From contig CDRNVI010000023.1 in the NCBI GenBank assembly GCA_977017575.1, forward strand, positions 248,001 through 312,000: a stretch of DNA of 64,000 bases, read 5' to 3'. This DNA is from Paramoeba atlantica. Taxonomy: Eukaryota > Protista > Discosea. Positions 11,032 to 22,225 of this stretch are shown here, piece by piece (position 1 is the first letter of the stretch; each line of letters opens with the position of its first letter). A program made the position numbers and the translations under genes. The notes beneath the pieces are model-generated. The model did no database searches. It saw only the letters and a program-made list of their open reading frames with translations, and had not been told where the DNA came from.

Positions 11032-12598
11032 GGGTAATATGCAGTCAAACTGTACCCTAAATTTCATTTTTTTTTTACTTTTTTTTGTCAAAAAAATATG
11101 TGTGAATAATTATTTACTTGATAGTTTTGAGTCATTTTCACCCACTTTTAAGCTTTGTTTACGTCTTAAACCATTGAATGGACTGCTCAGGGTGTAGAAC
11201 TTTTGCGTGCTTGACGCTAGTTACGTCAATTTTGCAAATAACGTCAGAGAATGTTGTTTCCTGGCTAGTAAATCACTCTTTCGGGGCTTATACACAGTGT
11301 CTTCGCTGCAAAGAGAAACCGAGAAGCGATCAATGCTTCAAAAAACTCGAAGACGGTTCGAAGTGCCGCCTAAAAATTCCGAAATTTGGCCCCTTTTTTC
11401 CTTTAAACTGTCGAATTGTTGATAAATTTCGATGTTGGCTGCTTCTAGCGCAAGGTAACCTGCCCTTGAACGCAGCTTTGCAAGCGCTCAGGTCTCTTCG
11501 TTCAGTTCTTACAGACCTAAGTGAAATTGAACGCATATTCAGCATTCCCCGTTCCCCGCACATGCTCATGAAGTACGTTATGGTGGATGAGACATACATT
11601 GGGAAACGCCTGCACCATCGCGGGAGACAAGTCCGCAAACAAAAGTTCTGGTTTATGACGGCTACAGAGGTTGATCCAAACACCGGGAAATCATTGCAAA
11701 CATACTGGGAGGCAACGGTTCGCCGAACGAGAGAGGTTTGCCACAGGTTTGTCCGATCAGTCATAGAAAATAGAAATGCCATGGTAATTACTGATGAGTG
11801 GGCTGCATATCGTGGAATCGATGTCTTTTGCCGACATTACACTATTTGCCACGCTGATGCATTCTCGCGAGAGCACTCCCCGCACGTCAACATTCATATC
11901 AACAACGCAGAGTCTGCCCATGCCAGTGTAAAGGGTTACTGCAAGCGTTTTTTTCACAAATGAGGCAGAAGTTTGGAAAGCTGTCAGGCACGAGCGCATT
12001 TTATTTGCACGGTCTTCTTCAAGGCGGAAGCTAAAAAGCGTTTTCAGAACCTTATGACTGTTATGGCGAGATACTCCTCTGACAATAGCGCGGTATACGG
12101 AGATCAGTCAAATGAAGAAGATGCGGAAGTTTCCAGTGACTCTAGTGAGGAACTTCAGGAAGATTATGAAAGCCCAACCACGCGACTAGGTCGAGCGCTC
12201 ACTGAACATATAAGACTCAAACGCAGATATGGAAGGGATGAAATGGGATTCCACAAGTATATGATAAAAAGTGCCACTGACCGCCACTACACTATTTATG
12301 TTGGTCCTGGTGGTGCTCGATGCACTTGCCGTGACGGACGTCTGGGCAATCGATGTAAGCATATATATTTCATTTTGATGCGGGAACTTGGGGTGGATGA
12401 AAACCATTCAGTTCTATTAAAATCGGAATTTTCATCAGAAGACCTATCGAATTTGTTGTAGACGAGGCAGAAATTATCGGTAAATCGTCTTATTTATATG
12501 CAAATTTGCGTAAAAACAAAAAAGGAACACATATGCGATGGAAATATACAGTTTTTAGAAAAAACAAATTTAGGGTACATTTTGACTGCAGTTGACCC
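11032..12598 (+). mobile_element. Merlin (IS1016/ISXO2-like) DNA transposon, 1567 bp
   Basis: 33-bp TIRs, 29/33 identical (GGGTAATATGCAGTCAAACTGTACCCTAAATTT). 8-bp TSD AGAATATT/AAAATATT with 1 mismatch. The element encodes a Merlin-type transposase. Confidence 0.85.
11178..12461 (+). pseudogene. Merlin transposase plus in-frame SWIM zinc finger, interrupted by one TGA (11961-11963)
   Basis: Motifs VMVDETYIG, VITDEWAAY, TICH..AF and HINNAESAH. ORF 11973..12461 is in the same frame and contains CTCRDGRLGNRCKH (CxC-x7-CxH). Confidence 0.8.
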
Positions 12599-12970
12599 AA
12601 AATATTTTTCCAAAATCGTTTCCCCTATTGTATTTTGATAGTTTGGGACCTACACTAGCTTTCTCCGCAGTTGTTTTCGCAAGGTATCACTTCTTCGAAC
12701 CGTGGTGCGCCCCTCAAAATGACCCATTTTTGACTAAAAAAGGTGAAAAAGTATTTTTCGGACCTAAAGGGGCATTTTTGTGTCGAAAGAATGGTATGGT
12801 TGGAGTCGTATTCTCTACCCAATACGTTCGGTAGGCTTTCATTCATGCCTACGAGTGATTTCCCACGCGCAAATGTCGGATTTAGTGCTCTGAGAGCAAA
12901 AATACGCGAAAATCACCCCATTTTTACCCGAAATTCGGCTATTTTTGGCCATAATCTTTTCGTTTTCCAG

Positions 12971-14139
12971 GCTAAATTTTCTTTTTTAGGCTCTTCGTTA
13001 AACGCGGTGGTGGTTTTCAACTCGGAGAGCGTAGCATGAGTGACTTCTAAGTTGAAAACAACCACCGCGTTTAACGAAGAGCCTAAAAAAGAATTATTAA
13101 GTTAAGCCCAATTCAATGTAGACTAAAAATAGTTAACAAACTAAAGGACCGAGCGAGGACTGGACATGCACACTGGAGTCTACTTCAAACCATTCTGCAT
13201 CGTTGCGCTCATCTTCGCTTTCAAAAGGGATAGTCTATCCCTTTTAGTTCCATCATAGAACTAAATAACTCGTGACGACGGGACCATGCTTGATCAGAAT
13301 TCTCGGTATCCGTTAAAGTTTCTTTGCTAACGCGACATTTTTTCCACGCTGCAACGGTTGCTTCAGTTTGCTTCGGCAACAACATTCATTTGTATGCTTT
13401 AGAAATCGATGCTAAAAGTTGCTCTTCCGACATTTTTGCGCCTAAGCCCTTCGCATCGCCAATCTTCTCTCCCAAGTGGCGTTTCTCCTACAGGATTTGA
13501 GCGACGTGCAAGTGCGTTGGTATCTAACTTGAGGATTCAGTCTGTTGAAAACTCCGACGTCGTAAGGCTGAAGCTAAACACTTCATAAAGAAAACACTTC
13601 AGAAAATAATCTATTTTCACAGTTATTCGAAAAAAGCTTTTTCGAAAATTACTTTTTCTCAATCCACCGCGGTGCTGGTCGATTCCCAAAGCATCAGTTT
13701 CCCCTAAGCACATCAATGTTCCTCATACTTTCAGAATGACTCTTTCGACCCATTTGATGAAAAACGGTATACAAGTTTCAAAAAGAGCTTTATTAATTAT
13801 ACAAGGAAGCATTTTCTTTATAAATCATTTTTTATAAAGGTCGAAAAATGTCCCATTTATTAAAATATATTGGCGGGGATGTACATCATATGCGTCTGTC
13901 TAAACGGGAGAAAGCAAGTCCTCACCAATTACAACGATACTGTTTCTGTAATCACAAGCTTACGTTTAGCATGCTAGTATCTCTTTAGACGTACGCTTAC
14001 ACAAGGACAATAATAATTCTTTTTTAGACGCTTCTTTAAACGCCGTGGTTGTTTTCAACTTAGAAGTCACTCATGCTGCGCGCTTCGCGTTCAGAACTAC
14101 CTCCGCGTTTAGCGAAGAGCCTAAAAAAGAAAAGTTGGC
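12971..14139. mobile_element. Fold-back element with ~128-bp terminal inverted repeats, each arm itself a hairpin
   Basis: 14011-14139 is the diverged reverse complement of 12971-13098. Within the left arm, 12979-13022 pairs with 13050-13093 (44 bp, 1 mismatch). Confidence 0.75.
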
Positions 14140-14774
14140 TACTCACCCTCATCCCCTCCATTCACCCTTACCCATCCAACAACCCCCGCCGTCTCATCCT
14201 CGCCAACTACCCGGCCTCCCGGGCCAAATCTCTCCTACTGGGGGTCGGTCTATAAAGGGCCAAATCTCTCTTACCGAGGTCTCTTACTGGCGGGTCTCCG
14301 GTGTCTTTGGAAAGCATTCCCATTGATTTCTATAATTATAATATAATTTCTTTTTGTTATAATTTATAAATATTTTATTAATATTATCATGTTTTATTAA
14401 TAAAAATCAATGAGAGGAGGAGTAGTCCTTTTAGATTGGAATACGACATGTATAAGACAATTTTGAAAAAATTGGCCGTTTTTTCATCAAGTTCTGATTT
14501 TTTTCGGTAAAATCTTAACTTGGCGGATTCTGTCTGCGAGTACCACGGTGGTGGGTCACCCCCGGGGAAAATGTCTGCCAAGGACTCGCGGCGGAAAACT
14601 AAAACACCTCCCAGCAACACGTACTTTTTTACCGTTTCTTCACGCTCTTTTTATTTTCACTAGCTCTCGTCGTGGAGCACAGTAACTTTTTGCCGTCCGG
14701 TACTTTACATGTACATAGGCAGACAATTTAAATGACTTTTCAATAGATTATTTATCCACTTTCGTTCCGTTTTA

Positions 14775-16748
14775 ATGTCCAAACGATTGTCAGCCCTGTC
14801 CGATTTACGCAGTACGCTTTCGCTTAAGTGTTCATCCCCTCAATCTTTCCCATCCCGCAGCGAACACCCTTTTGCTCTCTCTCGCCCCGACGGTTCAGCT
14901 CCCCAGCTTCCCTCCCTCTCCCGGACCTCATCCCGGGCTCACTCTCCCTCTCCCACCCCTATCACCCGCGTCCTTCCATCCCTCTCCCTCCCCCATCCCT
15001 CTCCCTGCCCTCCCCCCCTCTCCCGTTCCTACACCACACGAACCCCCCTCACCCACACACCCTCTCCCCCCTTCACTCCCTCCCCTTCATCCTCTAACTC
15101 CCATCATCACACCACAAGCTCCACCCCAACCCCTTCGTCTTCGTCTTCTTTCTCTTCTACGCGTTCTTCTACGAACTCTACAACTCCACCCTCTCACCCA
15201 ACCCCGTCTTCTTCTTTTTCTTCCCGTTCTTCCACGAACACCACAAGCTCTATCCCTTCTTCTTCTTCTTCTTCACGTCCCTCTACGAACTCCACAACCC
15301 CACCCTCTCACCTAACCCCATCCTCTCCTTCTTCCTCTTCTCCACGTTCCTCTACGAACTCTGCCACCCCACCCTCTCACCCCACCCCCTCTTCTTCCTC
15401 CCCTTCTCGTTCTTTCACGAACACGGCAAGCCCTACCCCGTCGTCGTCGTCTTCTTCTTCTTCGAGTTACAAAGGTACACGCTCTTCCACGAACACGGCA
15501 AGCCCTACCCCGTCGTCTTCTTCTTCGAGTTACAACGGCACACGCTCTTCCACGAACACGGCAAGCCCTACCCCGTCGTCTTCTTCTTCTTCTTCTTCTT
15601 CGAGTTACAAGGGTACACGCTCTTCCACGAACACGGCAAGCCCTACCCCCCTAACTTCTTCGTCTCCTTCTTCATCTTCTTCATCTTCTACCACTGCCGC
15701 TTCCCCCCCCTACCCCCCCACCACCCTCAGCGACGTCATCACCTACCTCGAGACCTCCCCCCCGAACGCCGTCCGCCTGCTCCACAAGCTCACCCCCGAC
15801 ACCCGCCGGCGCCTCATCGTCGCCGGCAGCGCCCTCGAGTGGTTCGGCCCCTCCCACGTCGAGAAGGAGCTCACCAAGGCGGACCACGACCGCGACGCCC
15901 TCATCTCCCCCAAGGACTTTGACAAGTGGTTCCACTGCGCCCTCGGAAGGAAGCCAGGGGACAGTGGCAGTAGCAGTGGCAGTGGCAGTAGTGGAAGAGG
16001 GAGTGGTACTACTACGCGTGGGAGTACCAGGAGTAGTGGCACTATGACGAGTGCTGTGAGTAGTGGCACTAGGAGTGGTGGTGGTGGTGAGGGGGAGGCT
16101 ACCCCTGCGGTGCCAATGTCGGTACTGTGTACGATTGGCCTCGCGACGGCGGTTCCGTTCATTGGGTTTGGGTTCCTGGACAACAGTTTGATGCTGGTCG
16201 CGGGGGATGTGATTGACTCCACGGTGGGGCTTCACCTGCACACGAGTGTGATGGCGAGCGCGGCGATGGGGAATGTGGTGAGTGGGTGTGTGGGGATGCA
16301 GGTGCATGGGGTGGTGGACCGGCTGTGGCAGCGGATGGGGTTTGGCATGCCCCCGTTGAGCCATGCGCAGACCCAGCTGCGGGGGGTGTTCCTGGCGGGG
16401 CACGCGGGGGGGACGCTGGGGATCGCGTTGGGGCTGTCGTTGGGGATGGTGCCGCTGTTGTGGATGCCGGACCCGGAGGAGAAGAAGGCGCGGCATGTGT
16501 TTATGGAGGCCACCACGGCGGCGGTGGCGGAGGGGGAGGCGTTGAGTGTGGGGCGGTTGGTGAGGGGGCTGGAGTCGGCGGGGGTGAGGGTGAGTGCGGG
16601 GAGGGTGATGGAGGCGTACGGGAGGGTGAAACAGGGGAAGCAGGGGGGGAAAGGCGGGGTGGGGACGGGGAAGGTGGATGCGGAGATGGAGGTACAGCTC
16701 ACGGCGGCGGAGTTTGTGAGTTTATATAAGGACGTGGTGCGAGGGTGA
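14775..16748 (+). CDS. TMEM65: TMEM65-family membrane protein with EF-hand and Ser/Thr/Pro-rich N-terminus
   Basis: AVPFIGFGFLDNSLMLVAGDVID...SVMASAAMGNVVS matches the TMEM65 core. EF-hand-like loop ADHDRDALISPKDF. Confidence 0.85.
   Translation: MSKRLSALSDLRSTLSLKCSSPQSFPSRSEHPFALSRPDGSAPQLPSLSRTSSRAHSPSPTPITRVLPSLSLPHPSPCPPPLSRSYTTRTPLTHTPSPPFTPSPSSSNSHHHTTSSTPTPSSSSSFSSTRSSTNSTTPPSHPTPSSSFSSRSSTNTTSSIPSSSSSSRPSTNSTTPPSHLTPSSPSSSSPRSSTNSATPPSHPTPSSSSPSRSFTNTASPTPSSSSSSSSSYKGTRSSTNTASPTPSSSSSSYNGTRSSTNTASPTPSSSSSSSSSSYKGTRSSTNTASPTPLTSSSPSSSSSSSTTAASPPYPPTTLSDVITYLETSPPNAVRLLHKLTPDTRRRLIVAGSALEWFGPSHVEKELTKADHDRDALISPKDFDKWFHCALGRKPGDSGSSSGSGSSGRGSGTTTRGSTRSSGTMTSAVSSGTRSGGGGEGEATPAVPMSVLCTIGLATAVPFIGFGFLDNSLMLVAGDVIDSTVGLHLHTSVMASAAMGNVVSGCVGMQVHGVVDRLWQRMGFGMPPLSHAQTQLRGVFLAGHAGGTLGIALGLSLGMVPLLWMPDPEEKKARHVFMEATTAAVAEGEALSVGRLVRGLESAGVRVSAGRVMEAYGRVKQGKQGGKGGVGTGKVDAEMEVQLTAAEFVSLYKDVVRG
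15405..15650 (+). repeat. Coding tandem repeat (SSTNTASPTPSSSSSSYKGTR) in the TMEM65-like gene
   Basis: Four copies of CACGAACACGGCAAGCCCTACCCC with a variable (TCT/TCG)n tract. Confidence 0.9.
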
Positions 16749-17303
16749 GAGGGGGAAAAGGGAGGAGGTTGAATTATCTTGGATCCTATCTTTTTTCATC
16801 TGTGCATTGCGCCTGGTCGTAACGTGGGTAAAATCATCCGAGACATAAAAGCATAGAAAAGTAGACGCATAGAAGGATATTGGTTTGTGACGTTTAGACG
16901 GGTATAATTAAAGAGAGTTGTTGCTCCACATATTCCATGTATAAGTGGATGAAATAGACGAGAAAGGTACAGAGCATATAGGACCCAATTTCGTATTTTT
17001 CGATCACTGTAGGCTAGAATAATCATAGTAAAAAAAGGATAATTAAGATTAATTTTGCCATACTAAATAATCGTGATCTTTTCGCTGAATGCATATTTGT
17101 TAGATTATTTTTCAGCATTGTTTCTTCACGGATATGACATCATCACATTGTACGCTATCCTGGATTTTTTATAGTATACGTATTCTAGTTTGAAAACTCT
17201 ACTTTTCTTGCAGTGAGGGATATAATTTTACTGTTTTTACTCATCATTGCAACGTAAAATTAGATTTGTTGCCCTATGTTTTTCTAGAAATCATTATAGA
17301 GTA

Positions 17304-18266
17304 ATGAGGGTGAAAGTTCGTTCCAAAGCCGCGGCAGATATTGTCAAGGCAGCCGTCAAAGTCAACCAAAAGAAACGGGCGGCTCGCGAACTCAAATCTA
17401 TCCTAGAAACCGATCTCACACCGCAACCCAAACCTAAAAAGAACAAAACTGTCTGTAAAACCGAAGTCTCGACAACGGGCGAACCCCTCGCCCCCTCCCT
17501 GAAAACGAACCTCGCGATCAGCCGGCATTTCAAGGCGCTGTCGTACTACACCGCCAAGGCCGATGCCCAGTGGCCCTCCCGTGCCTACGCCAAAGTGAGT
17601 GATCTAATAGCCACCCAGAAGAAGCCTGTGTCTTGTGGCAAGGAAGCCTCCACGATTCGAGGCATTGGAAAAGCCAGCGCAGCGCTTATTGATGAATTCC
17701 TTGAGCGTGGCACCACAGAATCTCTCGAACACTATGAAGAAGAGTTTGGGGAGGTCGACGCCGATACGCGTGCGTTCTGGGACAACCAAACGAGCTACTA
17801 CAAGGAGGACCTTAAGAAAACAAAACAAGAAGAAAAAGAAGCCCTCTCACGTGGTGAGGATCCTAAAAGGAATAAGAAAAAGAAAACTCAAAAACAAGGT
17901 GTCAGCGTCGCCGAGAAACGTAAAATTGCGGCCCAGCGAAAACAACTGGCCTCTGTGAATGTGAAAACACTGCAAGCTGCGTTACGCCGAAATGCACAGA
18001 AAATTACGGGCCGCAGGGACGAGTTAGTCGAACGCGTGGCTCAGGGAATTGTGCTGGGCGCACTTCCGCTGTGTCCATTGTGTGGAATGGGAAAATTACG
18101 ATTCGATTTACGCACGGGTGTCTACAGCTGTCCCGGATTTAGGGACGAGAACAATTACCACTCTTGCGCTTTCGAAAGTACGAATGTGGAGCGAACGCCA
18201 TGGAAGGAGGAGACGGAGGATGAAAATGTAGAAAAAACTGGTTTGGTGGAAGACTCCGGATGGTAG
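17304..18266 (+). CDS. HhH (Pol X/MUS81-type N-terminal) plus PADR1-type zinc-finger protein
   Basis: RAYAKVSDLI...ASTIRGIGKASAALIDEFLERG (HhH_8-like), and LQAALRRN.QKITGRRDELVERVAQGIVLGALPLCPLCG.GKL...YSCPGF...C (PARP1 Zn3/PADR1-like). Confidence 0.75.
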   Translation: MRVKVRSKAAADIVKAAVKVNQKKRAARELKSILETDLTPQPKPKKNKTVCKTEVSTTGEPLAPSLKTNLAISRHFKALSYYTAKADAQWPSRAYAKVSDLIATQKKPVSCGKEASTIRGIGKASAALIDEFLERGTTESLEHYEEEFGEVDADTRAFWDNQTSYYKEDLKKTKQEEKEALSRGEDPKRNKKKKTQKQGVSVAEKRKIAAQRKQLASVNVKTLQAALRRNAQKITGRRDELVERVAQGIVLGALPLCPLCGMGKLRFDLRTGVYSCPGFRDENNYHSCAFESTNVERTPWKEETEDENVEKTGLVEDSGW

Positions 18267-18599
18267 CAAAGAGAGGGCAACCAACGTGTGCGTTTCGACG
18301 TGACAAGGAAAATACCCAACCTAGGGAAATATTTTTCTCTAGGCTTCGAGTGCTTTTATCCACTTTGTTCTTGCAGTTTTGTCCATGAGTAGAAGGAACG
18401 AAGACTCGAATAGTGGACTTATTTCAGTAGTCTAACATGTGCATAGGATATTTGTCCTTAACAAACACTATTCAATTTTTTGGTGTTCTGTTTTAAGTTG
18501 TTTTAATCTGAAATTTGCATCTTTTTTCTTGCAGATTACGTAAACCTCGGTTTTTTTAAACGTTTTTGTCAAAAACGTTTCGTATCTTTTAGCTTCATA

Positions 18600-19325
18600 C
18601 TTTCAAACGTCTACTTTGCCGACACTCCAACAACGCATACTACGCGCGCCGGTAAAGTAAGAGGTGCGAATCTACCACAAGAATATGAGCTTATGAAAAT
18701 GCTTCATAACGTAACTTACACGCACCATTCATGGTCCGTTGAAATTCCGGCATGCATGTGGTTTGGTATTCAATGCGTTAACAGACGAGTTGGTCCACCG
18801 TCGCTCGATTTACGAACTCGAAATTCCATGGAACGCTATCTTTTTCTCATCTTCTACCCTCTGTTGAGATGTTTGATGTGAGCAACAATTCCTTAGAGGG
18901 AGAAGTACCAGTGGGTGTACTATATTCCGCTCTAAAGCGGTTGAATCTCGTGGCTAACAATTTTAGCGGGAGAATCGATTTAACTAGTTTACCCGTGAGC
19001 ATGAAATATCTTCTTTTGAGTGACAATGGTTTTGAGGGAGACATTACGTTGAATGCGCTTCCTACGTTGCTTCTACAACTTGAACTCACCGCAAATACTT
19101 TTACAGGGGGTCTTGATTTGACTTTACTCCCGAATACAGGTGTCAAGACTGAATAATAACCATTTTTCTGGTGATATCAACTTAGCTCTTCATCCCCCAT
19201 CACTGACTCGTATAACACTAAGAAACAACGAAGCGCTAAGTTGTGTAGTGAAAAGATCACAACTTCCACAGGCTTTACGCCCGTTTTCCGTTGAAAACAC
19301 GAGGATTTCTTTTTTTGATGAATAG
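18600..19325 (+). pseudogene. Frameshifted LRR family gene
   Basis: TRAGKVRGANLPQEY leader and cap, then LRRs split across three frames (18693, 18869, 19140). No upstream in-frame ATG seen. Confidence 0.85.
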
Positions 19326-19931
19326 ACTAATTTTGGGAAAGTAACTAAAAAGGAAAGTAACTTTTTTAGCCATAAATAATGTGCCCCTCTTATTTTTCAC
19401 TTTTTGGCTTTTCATTCGACTACGGTTCCTTTCATTCGACTACCCCTCCCCACTTAATATGTGTCATTTTTTATGTCTCATTTTTTTCGATGAAAATTAC
19501 AAATCAAGAGTTGTAGCTCATCGTTGTAGTGTCATCGTCTCTACTTTCCGACACATATTTCGTACAAGGGAGCTTAGGGGGATTGCGGCACCACTTTGCC
19601 CTTCAATATTTTTCAGGTCTGCAAGTTCTCGATGTTTTCCGCTCATTTCAGCCCGTAAATTTATTCGTCTTAATTAATACGGCAACGTATGTTTTTACAG
19701 TTTCTTTCAACATCACGTCGCATCTTGTCTTTATGTCGCATCAGTCCTTCTTTACCGGCCTCAACCACGTCCGAAACAGCGGCTCCACACTCCTACAAGA
19801 CGCATATAGTAATCGACGCGTGTAGTAATCCGTAACCAAAATGTAGTAAATTACTACCGATCAAACATCATGTGGTAATTTCAACTCATCGAAAAAATAA
19901 TTTCTTTTTACTATTTTTTTCACAGGCTTCT

Positions 19932-20663
19932 ATGGACGTGGCTCCTTCCGGCTACAAGTCTCGGGCCGCAAGAGTAGGAATAGCACATCTGCCTTCCGAA
20001 TTCGAACTCGCGCGACTTATCTCGGGCATTGAAAATCCGCATTCTTCGTGGAACACAGACACTTCGGCCTGCAAGTGGGAGGGAGTCGTGTGTAACGCAG
20101 ACGGGGAGGTAGTTGAAATACGGTGGCAAAAGCGGGCGTACGTGTCAATTATGCCAAAGCTGTCTGGAATATTGTTTTTCGAATATCTCCCCCATACACT
20201 TTCTGTGTTCGATGCATCAAACAACCAACTAACCGGAGAAATACCCTTTGAGCGTCTACGTGGGATTCAGACATTAAATCTCTCCGACAATTGCTATTGC
20301 AAAAGACTTGATTTAACCTCTCTTCCAGAGAGCATGACACACCTAAATTTAAGTAACAATGAATTTACAGGTGAAGTATCTCTCAGCGTACTCCCAGCGC
20401 AGTTGTACGAATTGTGTCTAAGTGGAAACTTGCTCACTGGGCTCCCAGACTTAACGGCATTACCCAAGAGCATGACGTTATTGTCTCTGGACCGAAACCA
20501 GTTCTCAGGTGTCGTTGACTTAACTCGACTCCCATCAACTCTGCGCAGTTTGCACCTCGCCGATAATCGAGACCTTTGTGGCTCATTTAAGAGTTCAGAT
20601 CTCCCGAAGAACGTCCGACACAGGATTTTTGCGTGGAATACTGATATCCGCGTTATCGGCTAA
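19932..20663 (+). CDS. LRR family protein
   Basis: RAARVGIAHLPSEF leader, SWNTDTSACKWEGVVCN cap, multiple LRRs. Confidence 0.9.
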   Translation: MDVAPSGYKSRAARVGIAHLPSEFELARLISGIENPHSSWNTDTSACKWEGVVCNADGEVVEIRWQKRAYVSIMPKLSGILFFEYLPHTLSVFDASNNQLTGEIPFERLRGIQTLNLSDNCYCKRLDLTSLPESMTHLNLSNNEFTGEVSLSVLPAQLYELCLSGNLLTGLPDLTALPKSMTLLSLDRNQFSGVVDLTRLPSTLRSLHLADNRDLCGSFKSSDLPKNVRHRIFAWNTDIRVIG

Positions 20664-20906
20664 TTCTTTATTAATAAAACATTATGAGTTAATTCATCAT
20701 TTATTACTGAATATCATTCAACGTAACCAACATGTGGAGCCTAGAGGGGTGATCTTCAAATCTCCTCGTTCCTGCCGTTTGGTTAAAAACCGCAGCACTA
20801 TGTAATGTACATGTGACAGTAGTTCAAAAGATTTTTTTCTATCACCTGTGAATTAGATTTTTCCTAGATTTCCTTAGTCTAAAATATCATCATTTGCTAT
20901 TATATA

Positions 20907-21934
20907 TTGTTTTTATCTTTCTTCAGTAGCGACACAGGTATTACTCGTCCTGCCAAAGTGCGAGGTGCTTTTCTCCCGCAGGAATACAGTATGGTACGAC
21001 TTATGTCAAATATTTCTAATCCCGACGAATCATGGACAACTGAAACGAGGGCATGTGAATGGAGTGTAGTAGACTGTGATGAAAATGAAAGGATGTACAT
21101 TGCCGTAGGTTCCACTGGGCTTTATGATAATGCGCATGATGATGTGGATAAGTATTCCGGTACATTCGCATGGATCCATATACCAGATATCACTCAATCT
21201 TTTGTGGTGAGGGACCAACCACGAATTACAGGCACGCTACCAATGTCGGACCTCCCTTCTCTACTTCATTTTTTTCAAATAATACGTTGTAATCTTTTTG
21301 GTCCCATCGATCTAACAGTGCTACCTCCTTCTCTAACGTATGTAAATCTCAGAGGAAATCAGTTTAGCGGCACGCTGGAGTTCACGTCCCTCCCTAAAAA
21401 TCTATCTCGTCTAATTTTGAGCCGGAATGGATGGGAGTGACGTGTGATACAAACGAAAATGTAAAGGATATTATGATAGCATTTTACCGGGGGCTTTTTG
21501 AAAGCGATGATGTGGAATATTCCGGTACTTTCGCGTGGATCCATATGCCACGTACTACTCAGTCTTTCTCTGTAACTTGTCGAAGAGGAGTTACCGAAAC
21601 ACTACCTATCGCGGATCTTCCTACCCTACTTGTTCGACTTCGAGTTGAATATTGTAATCTTTTTGGTCCCATCGATCTAACCGCGCTACCTCCTTCTCTA
21701 ACGTATGTAAATCTCGCAGGAAACCAGTTTAGCGGCACGCTGCAGTTCACATCCCTCCCCGAAAATCTAACTTATCTAATATTGAGTGATAATCGGTTTG
21801 AAGGCCTGGTAAATTTTTCAAGATTAGTTACTCAACCCAGTCATATTGATCTCAGTGGAAATCAGCTACATGCTACATCTCACATTCCGCCGTTTGTTCT
21901 TTTAAAAAAATTAAATCAGACCCTCCCAATATGA
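20907..21934 (+). pseudogene. Out-of-frame head-to-tail fusion of two LRR paralogs
   Basis: 20907..21440 stops just after a junction into a second cap (EWMGVTCD) in another frame (21431..21934). The two halves are diverged homologs. Confidence 0.75.
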
Positions 21935-22225
21935 TACTTCCCTATAGTACCCCCCAGTAAGAGAGATAACGCCTTTTAGGTTGACCTATACAGTAAGATT
22001 AATGGAAGGAGGTATTCTAAAGGCCTTAGTGGCACTTATTATACATTCTACCCAGGAGGTACATTAGGTGTCCCTAGGTACAATAGCCCGGACAGTGGTC
22101 TAGCCCCATTTTCTATACCATGTACTCTTGTTCCCGTGCAGCCACTTGTATCGCACATTTCCTGTTTCCTTTTGATCTTTTACCCTAAATTATAGACACA
22201 CACCCCTGGCCTCTGCTCTTCCTCC

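Noticed and set aside
7813-11963. UGA=Trp recoding (TGA at Trp-like positions 7813 and 11961)
   Set aside because: Intact genes end in TGA (1143, 16748) and use TGG for Trp. Long ORFs have no internal stops, and other relics have TAA/TAG breaks. Simple nonsense mutation suffices.
15681-16729. Long overlapping or antisense ORFs in the TMEM65-like gene (also 52349..53149, 55568..56320, 36317..36856, 3744..4286)
   Set aside because: These are shadows of GC-rich, skewed coding sequence. They are low-complexity with no recognisable domains.
19380-19870. Coding-like antisense stretches (also 1641-1823, 9265-9495, 59539-59838)
   Set aside because: They are broken by stops and have no motif I could assign.
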